From Podarcis gaigeae (lineage: Eukaryota): a stretch of DNA of 64,000 nt. Below are positions 1 through 13,899 of this stretch, piece after piece. The stretch is from assembly GCA_964106915.2 (NCBI GenBank), contig OZ066919.1. The stretch is one strand, 5' to 3'. The first letter of the stretch is position 1. Every line of letters begins with the position of its first letter. The notes below the pieces were generated by a model, which made no database searches, was not told the origin of the DNA, and saw only the letters and a program-made list of their open reading frames with translations. The position numbers and the translations under genes were made by a program.

Positions 1-2872
1 AAATACATTCGACGGCACCATGTCCAATCTTTTTGAGCTTTCCTGACTTCCCATGTGGCTTCAGTCTCCCACTTGGGGTGCTGTCAAAAAGATCGATTTC
101 CCTCTCTGAGTTCCTCACACAATGCACTGGATTCCTGCAGTTGCTCAGTATCCATGTATTTTACCCGTTAGCCTTTAGAATAACAACATGTGCAATAGGT
201 TTCTTTTGCCTTATCTGGCCAGGAAGTCCCTTTGCAGAGAATTACTCTTGGCAGGAATCATTTTGGCTGGCTTGCTGTGCTGGCTTGCACTGATGAGATC
301 ATTTGAGTTTGCCTCTGCGCTTCGTTGATGTCCCAGCAATGGCTTTGTCCAACAGGGGAAGGCACCATCTTCCTGCCGCACCATCTGTATTTGCACAAAC
401 ATGTTTATTTGCAAAGCACCAGGTCAGAGATACCAAAACCCACTGAACAAAACCGGAAAGTAACTGTGTGTGTGTTTCTTTTCAGGCAGAATGGCTAAAT
501 AAACATCTTCAAATGCTAACATTTTAACGGAATGATAGGCTTACAGATGAAGGAGCTGTGACAAAATAGCTTATGGCTGCTTCCATGTCCAGTTCACACT
601 AATATTTCTCCGTGCCAGGCTTTGACAACCTGGTGTCCTCAAGATGTTGCAGGACCAAAGCTCCCATCAACCCCGACTATGGCTATGATGCCTGGGCTGA
701 TGGGAGTTGTGGTCCAACAAATATGGAGGGCATCAACTTAGCCATGGCGGGCTAGCTGCTCACATGTAGGGGCACCTGATGATGTCAACTGGCTTTTAGT
801 TCTTCAGCTTCTATCTTGCACAATTACCATTCTATTGTGCTGTGAATATCCCTTTCCCCGGTCTTATCTTAAAGTATTTTTTTGCATGTGTCCCTTAAGC
901 TGGCTTTATATTTTAAAATCTAATCAGCTATCCTTGGTAGCTCTTGGTTCCCATGCTCCTTACTTGTAGTTTTTTGTTTTTGCCTCGGCAGCTATTTTCT
1001 CATTAGTCTCTGATAACTTCATGAACCCATTCTTTCAGTCAATAATTGTCTAGTTTTACCCTCATTGAAAAGATTTCCTTTCCATTACTGAGGTTAAATA
1101 AAAACAAGGAAATTAAATTAGATACAAAACTTTGTTGAAATAACATGAAGGTTGTGACACACAAGCCAGGAAATCCAAAGATAAGGCTCAACAAGCTGCC
1201 ATCCACTTAGGAACGAAGAAGCACAGTAGTAGGTCTCTCTATTTTTTCCTCTTAGATAAAGCACAACACAGATCCTATTTGGCTCAATTGTAGGGGGCAC
1301 TGTGTCCTTTTGCTGGAGAGTCCTGGAACTAATAGGATGGCAGCCTTATCATAGGGTTGCCCAGGCAGGTACAATATGTGACCCATGAGAATAACAAAAT
1401 AACAAGACTGTACAATGGCGAGGGGGATAACATTAGGCCAATTTTTTATTGACAGCAGCAGGCAGGGCGAGGGTTGGCATTCCTATCAGGCAGATACCCC
1501 AATCTTGGGAGTGCCAAGTTCAATCCTCCCCTTAGGCCCCTTTTGTGGGGGCCCTATACCATATTGATCTTGCCCAGTGCCATTTCTGTCCTCATACAAA
1601 CAACATTCTCCGCCTAACAAAGGAAGGTCATAATTTCACTGAGGGAAATGCAAATAAAACTCTAACCAAGTGCCAATCAGGTTGAGAGAGAAAAATTAAT
1701 TTCTGGTCCTGTCAACCAGTGACCCAGAATTGCTCAGTGAAGGCTCTAAACCAAGGGTGGGCAGGTGGGAAGTTCTCAAGAGAAAATGGCCCTGAGCTCC
1801 AGGGATAGCAGCCTTATTTATGCTTCCCCTTCCCCTTTGCAAGGGCTTATTGGACAGCTTTTTCCCACTAGTCTATCGCACAGTGAGGATAGTGGGCAAA
1901 ACCTTGCCCAGTATTTTGCTGTGATCTACAGGACACAATGCCACCATGCCCAGGTGTCCTGTGCTTTTTGGGCATGGAACGGGGCATGTAGAATACAGGT
2001 AGCAAAGAACAGGTCTAAAGGTATGCTAGAATATTTCTACCTGTAGTGAAGAGGCCCTTAGAAGTAGGACTGAGGCAGCAGGTGAGGGAGGCTGCTCTTT
2101 CAAAATCCCTCACACAATTTATGGGCTGTGAAATGGGACGGGGGACGGGGGGCACAGGATTTTGCCAGCTACTCTTGTGGGAAAAGTGGAGGTTAAATTT
2201 TCCTTAGAAAATTATCTTCTGAGAATTTCCAACTCACTTAATGTTGAACGGAACTCTGTTGTTAGTGTGGATGATACTAAATGATATTAAATGATATTTA
2301 AAGCTGGATCCACAGCTGTCCCCTAAATTAACAGATTGTGGAAAAAATAGAGAATCCATTTTGCTGGATATTCTTCAGCAAAGGACTAAACATTCACAAC
2401 AGTTCACAGAGAGCTCAAAAAAGAAAAGGAAAAGTTTTGAATATTATTATTTTCTGAGATTGAGAAACTTCACCTTCTCCCTTATTATTCCTATAGATGA
2501 TCTGGAATTGGGTATGGTTTCTTAACAAGGAAATAGAGATTAGGTTTTCTGGATCGATTGTCAAAAGCATTCATTCTCTGGAGAATCAAAGAAGGAATTT
2601 CAGCAAGAGTTACTTGTGGGCAAGCTACACTTACTGAAAGTTCTAAGCTGCTCTGAAAATTGAAAAATTCCCATTCTGTTTTTCACCTGATCCTTTCCTC
2701 CCATTTGGGAAACAAGGACATGTTACAATTACTGTATTACTTCTTCCTGAGGTCAATCTTAGAGGGGGAAAGCTCATCTGGATCCTTTGATGGCTGGGAA
2801 GTAGTAAACAAGACTAGTCACACACCTTCTAAAGAGATTATTGAATGGGATTAACACCACACAGGTCTGAGG

Positions 2873-2995
2873 TAAGGTTACCAGATTTTTTTCAATGAAT
2901 CCAGGGACACTTTTCAACTCCAGTGGATTCTGTATGGGGACTGATTTGTAAATCCGGGGACTGTCCCCAGGAAATAGGGACATCTGGTAACCATG
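2873..2995. mobile_element. hAT-type MITE
   Basis: TIR ggttaccagat/atctggtaacc; perfect 8-bp TSD gtctgagg (2865-2872 / 2996-3003). Confidence 0.85.
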
Positions 2996-4783
2996 GTCTG
3001 AGGAGAGCAGAGGTATAAACTCCATAGAGGTTATGCCATCCCACTGACAAAAACATAACTTTATAGCTTAAGATCTTCAGGTTCTTAGTTCAATTCTTTT
3101 TTAAAAAGGGTGGTGCAGTTTTAAGTTACCATCGGTGCTATCCTAAAGAATGAAATGATGCTTATCTACACTGTAGTCCTTAAGGAAAGGCCGTTTGCTG
3201 GCTAATCCAAAAGGTGGCAAACTTATTCTGTTTCTGATTCTCACTCTTTGTTCCTCAGGGCTTTTCTCAGGAAATGCCTCCATTAGAAACAGAGGTTATC
3301 TATGCAACCTGACCTTTAAATGCAGGTGATTAAAGATGAAGACCACCTGAAAGAAATTGCTACACTAAAGGCAATGGCCCTTTTCCTTGAAAACAAAAAA
3401 CAAATCTTTCCCATTATTGCACCTGTCACTCAGAAAGGCTGTGGTTTAGAAGCCTCTTGCACTGCATGTTATCCTGCATCTGACTGATGGTGGTAACTCA
3501 GTTTGCCTTAGGCTTTTAGGGACTCATCCATCTGGAAAGAAATGCTATAGACTTTGTAGAAACTCATCCAGGCAGGAAGAAACACCCATTCCTTTCCTTA
3601 CTGAATGACAACAAGCCTGTAATTTGTGTTTTCCAAGCAAGCATTCCATTGGGCTGTTCTGCCCCCAAATCTGATAGATGACATCCTGTGTGTGTTTTCC
3701 CACAGGACACAATCTAGCCCCCTCTTGCTGCCACCCATTTACCTTTATGCTTTTAAAATAGTGAGTATTCTTTGGAAAAAAGTCTTGGAATCGTATATTA
3801 AATGATATTTTATAGAAAGACTAGCAGGATGCAGGAAAAGGCTTTGCTGCTCTGATTCAGGGATTGTGTCTATCTCTGGGTCACATCACAGATTCATTTG
3901 CAAATCTTTTTACAGTTTTAGATTTTAATGCTATGTTTTACTGGTTGTTGTGACCCACCTTTGAGTTCTTGAATCCTAATAAATACTTGAAATAAAAGAA
4001 ATGGCTTAAAACATCTGTTTGGCAATTGTATCATTTGGGGCATTTTAGAACAAGTGTCTTGTTCCTAAGACACATGTCAACCTTTTTTACTTGGGTTCTA
4101 AAAACAGATGGATTTTTTTGCTTGATTAGAGCTACAGTTTATTTCTCAGCAATGGGTCCTCCAGGAGATGGTATAACCAAGTTGGTCCAGATGTAACAAT
4201 AGTGCAAAATCTTTCTTGCACACTTTTTTTTTAATTAAGGAACAAGCCGTATGTGAAGTTTCATGTGAATTTTACTGGGCAACTGATTCACTTGCACTAT
4301 CTGAAACTGCTTACAGTCAAGCAACACATTAATCTCCCCCTCAGTAGCCACATGTTTCCCTCCCACACTGAAAGAGTTTCTGTTCCCCCCATTTTTAAGA
4401 GAATCATTCCTCCCTCTAGAAGAGGGGCCTTTAAGATTTCTCATTGCACTGAAGTTTGATTACTTAGTCATATCTTTGGAGATATCATTAGAATGAGCTC
4501 AAGTGGAAAGTTTTCATCATGCAACAGCTTGAGACTGCCCAGCTGAATGCAACCAGGCGTTATCAAGGAGCTGGGACCAGTTACAAATCTGCCCTTGTTT
4601 CCATGAGCCTGCAGCTGTGCACAGACTGTTCGGCAGGTTGAGCTACTGTTGGACTCTCCTCCCTGGAGTTAGAAAGTCCACCAATGGGTTTGGGTTGCCC
4701 AGTCATCTCCTCCTCTGGTTGCAGTCCAGATCTGATGGAAATCAGTGACAAGGTTCCTTGCAATCAAAGTACAACCAGACTAC

Positions 4784-5086
4784 GGTGCTGTGGTCTAAAC
4801 CACTGAGCCTCTTGGGCTTGCTGATTAGAAGGTCTGCGGTTCAAATCCCTGTGACCGAGTGAGCTCCCGTTGCTCTGTCCCAGCTCCTCCCATCTAGCAG
4901 TATGAAAGCACACCACTGCAAGTAGATGACTAGATACCACTGTGGCGGGAAGGTAAACGGCGTTTCCGTGCGCTCTGACTTCCATCACTGTGTTCCATTG
5001 CACCAGAAGTGGTTTAGTTCTGCTGGCCGCATGAGCTGGAAAACTGTCTGTGGACAAACACTGGCTCCCTCAGCTTGAAAGCCGAG
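4784..5086 (+). mobile_element. Sauria SINE, diverged, lacking the tail
   Basis: Colinear with the 33705 copy (gtgagctcccgttgctc, ggcgggaaggt, ccagaagtgg). Confidence 0.85.
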
Positions 5087-7804
5087 GTCATCCAGGCAAC
5101 TGTGGAACATTTTCTGATGACTTGTGACTTATTTTGTTGTGATGCCATTCTAGTTCTGTGGAATCAAAGTCAGAAGCAAACTAACAGGACATCTGCTCTT
5201 CAGTCCCTCTGTATAGTACGTGCACACAAAATGAACGCCAGTTACCATACTGTTAATGCTGATACATAATTATGCTGGTAAATTTCATGTATACTTCAAG
5301 AGACTAAGATCCAAAGAGGCCTATACACATGAGAAAAGCCTTCCATATGCTTATGGTTTTCCCTTGACTTATTGCTGGTGGCAGACCCCTGCATCTTTGG
5401 GAATGGCAGCTTGGAAAGTCTTCCTAACCAAAAGCCAGCTTTAGGGGACGGGGAGGTGATAGGAAGGTTATATGTGAAGAGTACTTAGCATACCTTCAGA
5501 TTCTGGTTTTAGGCTATACAATTGATTTTTTCAAACTAAATTGCATTTCTGCTTGAAAATAAAAACGTTTTGTCATCAAAACCTAAACACAGCCACACTG
5601 TAAATCAAAGTTTGAGTTTTTAAATAAGAATTTTGAATAATAAAAGGAATGTGAATTCATTCAGTTTCAAATCTGAATGCTACTTTCCTCCTTAAGTTCT
5701 GGCTTTGACATTGTTGCTGTGGCTGGTTAGTTTGTATTAATTGTGATTTCTCGATTTAAATGAATTTTAAGCTCTAGCAAATCAAAGAGTGGATTTTGAA
5801 TCCCAGTTTCCTCAAATTGTTTTGTATGTCCAAATAAATTATCCATAATTTTTCTATTTTCTATATATGTTAGAGTGGGGTGGATTAAAGGTAGCTTGGG
5901 ATCCACTGAGATATATTGGGGTGATTTGCAGTAGTTTGGCAAGGGTTTCAGATTCCCAGTGGTTTAACAACAGCAACAGCAAAAAGACTCTTCCGCTGAC
6001 CTTAAATTAGACTGCTATAATGAAAAAAGTTTGTGTCAATTTTTTTTTGCAAAGGACTGTAAGCTTGGTTCTGAGGCAGAAACAAATTCCTGGTTTGAAC
6101 ATGTCTTCCAAAGCACCTTATTCTTGAATTTTGTCTATGTCTTTCCTCCCCTCTGCCTCTACCACCAATATTTTACACTTGGCTCCAGTTGGTGGACTTC
6201 AAGATCCAATAAAAAACAAGGGAAAGCCCACAAATCTGAAGCTTGCCTACTGCTATGCTATGGACATATTATTCCTAATGCTTAACATTCTCTTATAAAT
6301 TTCCATCCTCAGTTATTACATTGTAACCACGTGATATAATTCGGAACTGTCCTTCTGGAAACATTTAGCTTATTCTTACTTTTGCCTTCTGATGGCATTT
6401 TTGATTATCAAGTACATAATGGGAAGAAGTCTAGCGAAGTTGTGAATGAAGAGGTCAAAATAAGCAACACTTCCAAGGAAAAATGAGTCTTGTTCCCTGC
6501 GTCACTGGAAAGATAAAAAAGATCAATGTATGAATCATGCAGAAACAGTTCCAGGCTACAAGTGCCAAATATTAATGAATCGGCTCCCCTATAACGTTCA
6601 TATTGCAAGGCGGCGTCCAAATACGCTATTTAAGTATTAGTGCAGCGCCTTAGGTCTCAGAACTCTGAACTCTCTAGCATTTGGCTTTTATTATTTAATC
6701 AAAATTGCTGTGGTAGAAAAAGGGTTTTTGGGGAAATATACTGTTGATCTAGAAAACATGATAAACATGTACGAAGCCCAGAAATGAATATCATTTACTT
6801 GTTAAAGCAACATTTACAAATTCCTTGTATGCTCTCCATTTTCTTCTTTCCATTTTTGTTTTGTTCTCCAACTTTGCCAGCATATTGCAAACATGTTTCT
6901 GCCTCCACGGAAAAGACACCATTTTGATCAAGGCTTTGGCATTTCTCACAAGCCTGAAGCGATGGTTCAGCTTGCAAACAACCAAGAACATTATCTTCAA
7001 AGACAGACCAAGCACTCCCACACAGAACAAACTTTGTTGTTGCATCCAGTCCCTAAACCAATGGCTGCAAGCAGTGTTTGGGACTGGTCATAAGGTTGAC
7101 AGCAGTACAAAGATGGTTTTCCGCAAGCTCTTGGTGTATTCAGCTTTTCAGTGGAACATCAACATATTTGGACCTGTTTTTAGGGTCTAGATGTGGCTGA
7201 GCTTCAAGTATCAGTCCAAGAACCAATAGTTTAGATTGACTTATACAAGTGTGGGGGGCCTTAGCTAGGTCCTGTGGTTTTAACTCTCTGCTTAGGCAAT
7301 TCGTTCTTTACGGCCATGGCCCAAATAAATGGCAGCACATTTAAATCCCATTGATTTCAACTGGAGAGGTTAGCATGGCGTTCACTTTCTTCCACTGAAA
7401 TCAATGGGCTTAGCTTCTTTCAAATTTCGTATGTGACTTTTTTGTTATCTGATTTCATTGTTTTGTTGTGCTGTTTTGTTGTTGCTTTATTATGTTGCTA
7501 TGAACTAGTTACTACTTCCTGTGATGGTTGATTCTGAGATGAATTTGTGGTTTGTTTGTTGTTAACCACTTGGAGCATAGTTCTTTTTGTGTATAAGTGA
7601 CAATGAGGAATGAATGAATGATGTGGTTTATGTGTGATTGTGTGTCTGTGGTAAGGGTGTGTGTTGTCCAGCCCTGCCCATTTTTGAGCCTGGCTCTATC
7701 CAGTTTTGAAATGTAGCCCCCATCAGCTTTTCATCATGGTAATGTGACCCTTGACCCCCACAAAGGTTGGTAAAAGAGTCTCGATGAAGGAATACATTGG
7801 CTCC

Positions 7805-7963
7805 CATAGGTGCCAACTCCCTGGGGCCCTGGGTTCCTGAGCACCCACAAAATTCCCTATGAAAGGGCTGGGCACCCACAAATTTTTGTGCCAAGGCAAT
7901 GCACGCTGCATGGTACTCATGGCTCTAGGCACCCACAGTTGTGGGGCCAAGCTGGCGCTCCTG
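7805..7963. mobile_element. hAT-type MITE
   Basis: TIR cataggtgccaac/gctggcgctcctg; perfect 8-bp TSD ttggctcc; three internal gcacccaca repeats. Confidence 0.85.
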
Positions 7964-8530
7964 TTGGCTCCTACAGTGTTTTGTTGTTGCCCTTATAATG
8001 TTGCACTGATGTGAGCAGGCCCAGTCTATTTGTAGAAATCCTTACTTGTTTGCCTGGTCCTGTGCAGAATCTGTAGTAAATCAATATGCATTCAATGTGC
8101 GTAGTGTCTAAACGTAATGCCATTGTATTTCATATTAGTATTTTCCTCTACACATTTTCTAGTAAAAAGGGGGGAAATGTTAGTATTGTACCAGAAACAT
8201 CAAATTGTGTGGCTAAAGTTTATTTTGCAAATGCAAAGAACCATTCAGCATATTTGTTTCCCTTGCATGAATTCTGGAATTTGCTTTTCCATGGAATGCA
8301 GGATTTACATCCCAGCCAGAAGGAACGGAGTGCTGATGGACAATGTGGTGGTAGTGGTGACACAACAGAGGTAGGGAGTGGTACTTTGGGGGCAAAGGTT
8401 GCTACAATCTGAGATTTAGTAAAAACAAACAACTCATCACATGTTATAAAACTGTTCTGCCATTTCAGGATATGGATGGAAGAAAATCACATGGTTATTT
8501 TTATGGGAGGCACCAGAAGTGGGTTTGGGG

Positions 8531-8666
8531 CAGAAATAGGCAAACTCGGCCCTCCAGATGTTTTGGGACTACAACTCCCATGATCCCTAGCTAACAGGAC
8601 CAGTGGTCAGGGATGATGGGAGTTGTAGTCCCAAAACATCTGGAGGGCTGAGTTTGCCTATGCCAG
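8531..8666. mobile_element. Palindromic hAT-type MITE
   Basis: Almost fully self-complementary; TSD gtttgggg/gtctgggg. Degenerate relatives at ~616-748, 22345-22469, 34248-34375, 48631-48760 and 59560-59680. Confidence 0.85.
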
Positions 8667-10266
8667 GTCTGGGGGATAAGGAACCTTTCATACAAGCAGA
8701 GTTCCCCTCAGCCTCCAATTTATCATGCAAGACAAAACTCACACATACAGAAATGAACTTCACCCCCTCTATACTCTCCCAATATTTTTGCCTGGTGACA
8801 TCACCAAATAGACTTCCGTTTAAAAATAAAGCAAAACTTAGAACTAGATGTTTGGGAGAAGAGTTTAGTGGTCTGACATTATAGTTTTCTGTATGCAGTG
8901 TGAAGATAAATGTGTTTCCATGTATTTGTTGCATGGATAGCATGCAATCATGCAACCTACATCCATCATTCAGTCAGTGCAACTGACATTTGGTACTTAA
9001 AAATGTTGTGTTTTGTCTGTAGTTTCTAGCATGGCACCCCCTCCCCATATGGATCCTTGAAGTTAATAGATTGTTTCCCACCTAATCCAGTAAGTGTGAA
9101 TTTAATCTGAAATGGGGGGGGGGCACCTCTATTTGGGGGTGGAGATGTGTTTCCCTCCCTCTAAGCCTGTTTTGACAAGTTTTGTCTGAAATGTTTTCTT
9201 TTTTTTAATCATTCTGAAAATGGCAGGAAAAGTTAGGTACTTAAAGCTTATTTTTAAACAGCATTTCAAAGTGAAGAAAGAGGCATGTAATTAATGTCTT
9301 TTTGCTGTTTTCTCTTGCACTTTAAAACATCTGGACATTAGTGTTGACAGACAGAGTCCTTAATCTTTTTCACTGTGTGCTCCAAGCCATATTTTTCTTC
9401 TCTGCTTTAGTGGCACCTGAGAAAAAAAAATCCAAAATACAGTCTACAGTGGTTGAAAAGGAACTGGTCCAGTGACTTTACTGCTAGAGCAACAGAAGAA
9501 CAGCAGCCATGGATGCCTGAGAATCAACACTCTTATGGCCCACCTACATCCATCTTGGCAGCTGGCAGTGGGTGAAAAAACAACTCCATCTGTGTACCAC
9601 TCGAGTAATTAGTCTATGCAGGTGAAATGTGGAAGGGATTACAGAGGTGCAGTCAGTAAATTAGGAATGAAACAAGTGTAACTCTAAAAGCCTACCTTTG
9701 AATTTACTTAAATAAATTATGACGGCAGATATTCAATTTCATATGTCTGGAGTAAAACGTCCCTCGTTTTCATGGCTGCTTTTGCTGCCAGAATCAGCCA
9801 TTTGGCTCTTTACGTTTGTGATTCCCATTTCAGCTAAGAGTGAGAGTCATACTGTGGACAATCTTCATGCGGTAATGTAGATCTTCTATTAACTCCTATG
9901 TATCAGATATTTCACTGAGGTGGGGCAATTTGTACCCTTCACATAACTGGAGACAGCTGTAGCTTCTGTTATCATATCTGAAATGCAGAATCAGTTGGTC
10001 CCTGGGAGTTTGACAGAACCCCCACTTTTCAATAAAATAAGACCGAAGCTTTTATGTGAGACAACTTTTTTGAAAGTATAGGTACACTGTGAATGAGGCA
10101 ATATCCAGTGGCCTCACAAAAAAAACAGTTGAACATCATGGAATCATAAAGAGGCATTTTCAGTAGCTGCCCACATGTAGAAAACTATTCTCCATGAGAT
10201 TCCCTGGGAACACATTTGAGAAACACCAGAGGATCTTTACATTTGGGACAAACATTTAGTAGCTAA

Positions 10267-10355
10267 GGCTGCAATCCTAATTATGTCTACTCAGATGTAA
10301 GTTCCACCGAACTCAGTGGGCTTACTCTCAGGTCAATGGGTTTAGGATTGCAGCC
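10267..10355. mobile_element. Small MITE, possibly PIF/Harbinger-like
   Basis: TIR ggctgcaatccta/taggattgcagcc; flanks taa/tac. Confidence 0.6.
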
Positions 10356-10438
10356 TACAATGGTGTGTGTTGGGAATGGGAACTCCTTGTAAATCAAATA
10401 GGGTGGTTGTTGTTCTTATTATTTTGCTAATCACATTG

Positions 10439-10819
10439 CAGACCCTCCAGCTGTCTCTGTTTTCCAAGGACAGTCCCGGTTCTTCAGAAGCCTTACTGGT
10501 TTCTGCTTTGATCCTGGAATGTCCTGCTTTTCCTTAGGACATCCCTATTTTCATTGGCGAAATGTTGGAACATATGGAGTTATGCGACACCCGAGCCAAG
10601 GACATAAGTAATTATACAAGCTTTAGAAGACATCTGAAGGCAGTCCTGTATAGGGAAGTAGTTTAATGTTTTATTATGTTTTTAAATATGTTGGAAGCTG
10701 CCCAGAGTGACTGGGGCAACGCAGTCAGATGGGTGGGGTATGAATGATAAAATCACTATTATTGTTGTTATGAAATAGGACATCCCTATTTTTTCATCAG
10801 AGAAATGTTGGAGGGTATG
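10439..10819. mobile_element. Composite hAT-like MITE
   Basis: TIR cagaccctcca/tggagggtatg; the right end is duplicated internally (~10538-10576); contains a LINE-tail-like segment. Confidence 0.65.
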
Positions 10820-12153
10820 ATGTTGATATCCAGATGGAGCCTCCAGGCAGGGCAGGGTATAATACCAAATAAATACATTCCGTCATAAACACACAATACT
10901 GGTCACATGGTAGCCATGGGGAAATAATTTGAAATCCCGTGACCCGCTGGTTCCTATGCACAGCCTGCAGCTTTTGGCACAGCACTGCAAATAATGTTTC
11001 TAGACTCCGTTTGCCAGTGACATGCCCATGACCGGCCGAGGGCTATGATGTGGGAGTTGCAAGAGTTTCCTGGAGGAACCATGTACAGATGTAGTGTTGG
11101 GGACAGGCCCAAAACTAGAGTGTGTGCCTTTAATCCCCGTTATCTGATGGCAGATTAACTGATCTAACCCAGTTTACACAGAAGACTGTATTAAAGAGAG
11201 ACATTTAAATCCTAGCTGCTCCACTTTGAGACTCATGTTTACTTAATCATGGTTATTTAAAACACTTCAAATTAGACCTTTGGCAACAGCAGTACAGTCT
11301 CAAATTGCAGCCCTGGTCTGATGCAGCTGTTTAGTCAGACGAGGTTTAGCTAGAGCTAACTATCTCAATAGATAGCATTAAAACATGCACGCAAAAAAAC
11401 TTTGTTGCTTTTTTTGGTGGTAGGGGGAGAGGAGAATTTTTCTAAAATTGGGTCACCCTGGATGTGCAAAACATCCCATTCAGTGGAGGAGAATGCATTC
11501 TTCTCTCTATCCCAAATCCCTATCCCAAACACCTGTACAAGATCAATATTCATCTGCATAGATATGTTTTGACTCATCCAATTGGCTCACATTGTTCCAA
11601 TTACATGGTTGTTGTAGAGCCAGGTTAGAATTTTTTTTGCCAAGAAGAAAAGGAAAGCCATTGATATTTTGTGGTTTCAGGACAGACTCTACACATTGAA
11701 AAGCCAGAACATTGTTTAAAAACAACCCTGTACATTAAACAGTTTTGAAACTAAAATATCTGAATTCTTTAAGGTTTAAAATATGAAACAGAAAATATGC
11801 TGCTGTCCACCTTTGGAATAAAAATGCTGAAAAGTAGTAAATTCAACTAGTTAAATCCATTCTACTTATATGTGACTTTTTTGTTCAGCAGCTTTATGCT
11901 AATAGGATGTTCGGGCCAATCCCCATGATTGACCCTGATTCTCCAGTAAAGAAGACTGCACTTTCTTGTAGCTTAAGAGCAAAATAACTGTCTTAAAAGT
12001 GCACTGGTCCTTTGAAAACAGCCTCATAGCTCGGCAGAGCTTCCTAGACTAAGCATGTGCTCTTGCAACATCTCAGAAAGCCTTGCTTGGATGGGCACCT
12101 TCATTAGGCGCCAGGCAAAAACATTGCTCTTCTTCCAGGCCTTTAGCTATTTA

Positions 12154-12192
12154 ACATACATACATACATACATACATACATACATACACACA
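12154..12192. repeat. (ACAT)n microsatellite
   Basis: Direct reading; a second tract lies at 12591-12629. Confidence 0.95.
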
Positions 12193-12590
12193 TGTTGTTG
12201 TTGTTTAGTTGTTTAGTCGTGTCCGACTCTTTGTGACCCATGGACCAGAGCACACCAGACACTGCTGTCTTCCACTGCCTCCTGCAGTTTTGGTCAAACT
12301 CATGCTGGTAGCTTCAAGAACACTATCCAAGCATCTTGTCCTCTGTCGTCCCCTTCTCCTTGTGGCCTCCATCTTTCCCAACATCAGGGTCTTTTACAGG
12401 GAGTCTTCTCTTCTCATGAGGTGGCCAAAGTATTGGAGTCTCAGCTTCAGGATCTGTCCTTCCAGTGAGCACTCAGGGCTGATTTCCTTAAGAATGGATA
12501 GGTTTGATCTTCTTGCAGTCCATGGAACTCACAATAGTCTCCTCTAGCACCATAATTCAAAAGCATCAATTCTTCGGCGATCAGCCTTCT
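12193..12590 (-). mobile_element. BovB 3' fragment
   Basis: Same 3' sequence and (TTG)n tail as the long copy; flanked on both sides by (ACAT)n. Confidence 0.93.
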
Positions 12591-13479
12591 ACATACATAC
12601 ATACATACATACATACATACATACATACAATTTTTGACCTTTTAAACTCTGTGTGTTTTGGGGGAGTGTACTGTACTGTTTTTGTTTGTTAGTATGTTAT
12701 GTGTTGTGTTAGTATGTTTTGTGTTTTTATATTGTAAACTGCCCTGTGATCCTCAAATGAAGGGCAGTATAGAAATTTAATAAATAAAATAAAATAAAAT
12801 AAGCTTGCAAATAAATAAAAGACAGAAAGAAACAGGACTCTTCTGTTTTGAAAATGAATAGTCAGCATGCTAAGTCTCTCAGTCTGCCTGATTTTAGAAG
12901 TCTCGTAGTGCTAATGATGGGAAATGCCCCCAAATAAATTACAGCTCTTTGGACTCTGCTTAAACTTTCTTATCAGTGACACACTGACTCATTGAAATAA
13001 TGCAGACACAGTGTCCGTTCTCAGCTGAAGTCAGAGTGCCCCTGACCTGTTTCAGTTCTGGCTTTCTGTATTACTTAGCTGAAAGATTTCTTGTATTCTT
13101 AGAGAGAGCTAGGATGGAAAGGAGAGGCATAGCGTTGGAAACCTGATTATCCATAAATGGACATTTCCCCGCATCCCTAATCATGAAGTCATTCGAGGAC
13201 ATTACTTCAGCTCCTTCCAGCTTGAGTTAGTCTGTGTGCAAATACTTGCATAAAGTGGAACAAAGCAAATGATAACATTGCCATTTCTCTCTCTGTTGGC
13301 ACCATGAAAAAAGTTAAAATTACTCAGAAGTAATGTGATAGTTGCAGTCTACAGATCAGTTACACCATAGCTTTTCAGTAGAGTTGCTCAGTGGGTGACT
13401 TGAGAGTAAGCAGTTTTATATTGGAGTAAATGGTATACTCCTCTTTCCTTGCCCTGCATGCACAAATTTGGGAAGTGCT

Positions 13480-13899
13480 AGCTATGGTTTTCCCAGTAGT
13501 GATGTATGGAAGTGAGAGCTGGACCATAAAGAAGGCTGATCGCCGAAGACTTGATGCTTCTGTATTATGGTGCTGGAGGAGACTCTTGAGAGTCCCATGG
13601 ACTGCAAGAAGATCAAACCTATCCATTCTGAAGGAAATCAGCCCTGAGTGCTCACTGGAAGGACAGATCCTGAAGCTGAGGGTCCAATACTTTGGCCACC
13701 TCATGAGAAGAGAAGACTCCCTGGAAAAGACCCTGATGTTGGGAAAGATGGAGGGCACAAGGAGAAGGGGACGACAGAGGACGAGATGGTTGGATAGTGT
13801 TCTTGAAGCTACAAACATGAGTCTGACCAAACTCCGGAAGGCAGTGGAAGCCAGGAGTGCCTGGAGTGCTCTGGTCCATGGGGTCACAAAGAGTCGGAC
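13480..13899 (+). mobile_element. BovB 3' fragment, tail missing
   Basis: ORF 13430-13918 contains AMVFPVVMYGSESW...HGVTKSRT, matching the BovB C-terminus. Confidence 0.93.

Larger units (their letters stand above)
12093..12802 (+). mobile_element. L2-like LINE 3' end interrupted by (ACAT)n and BovB
   Basis: Ends gccctgtgatcctcaaatgaagggcagtatagaaattt plus an A-rich tail; an uninterrupted homolog lies at 24410-24720 (-). Confidence 0.65.

Noticed and set aside
1-36. KYIRRHHVQSF-stop at the window edge, a possible end of a host CDS
   Set aside because: Only 11 codons are visible and the peptide is not recognised; it cannot be supported without upstream sequence.
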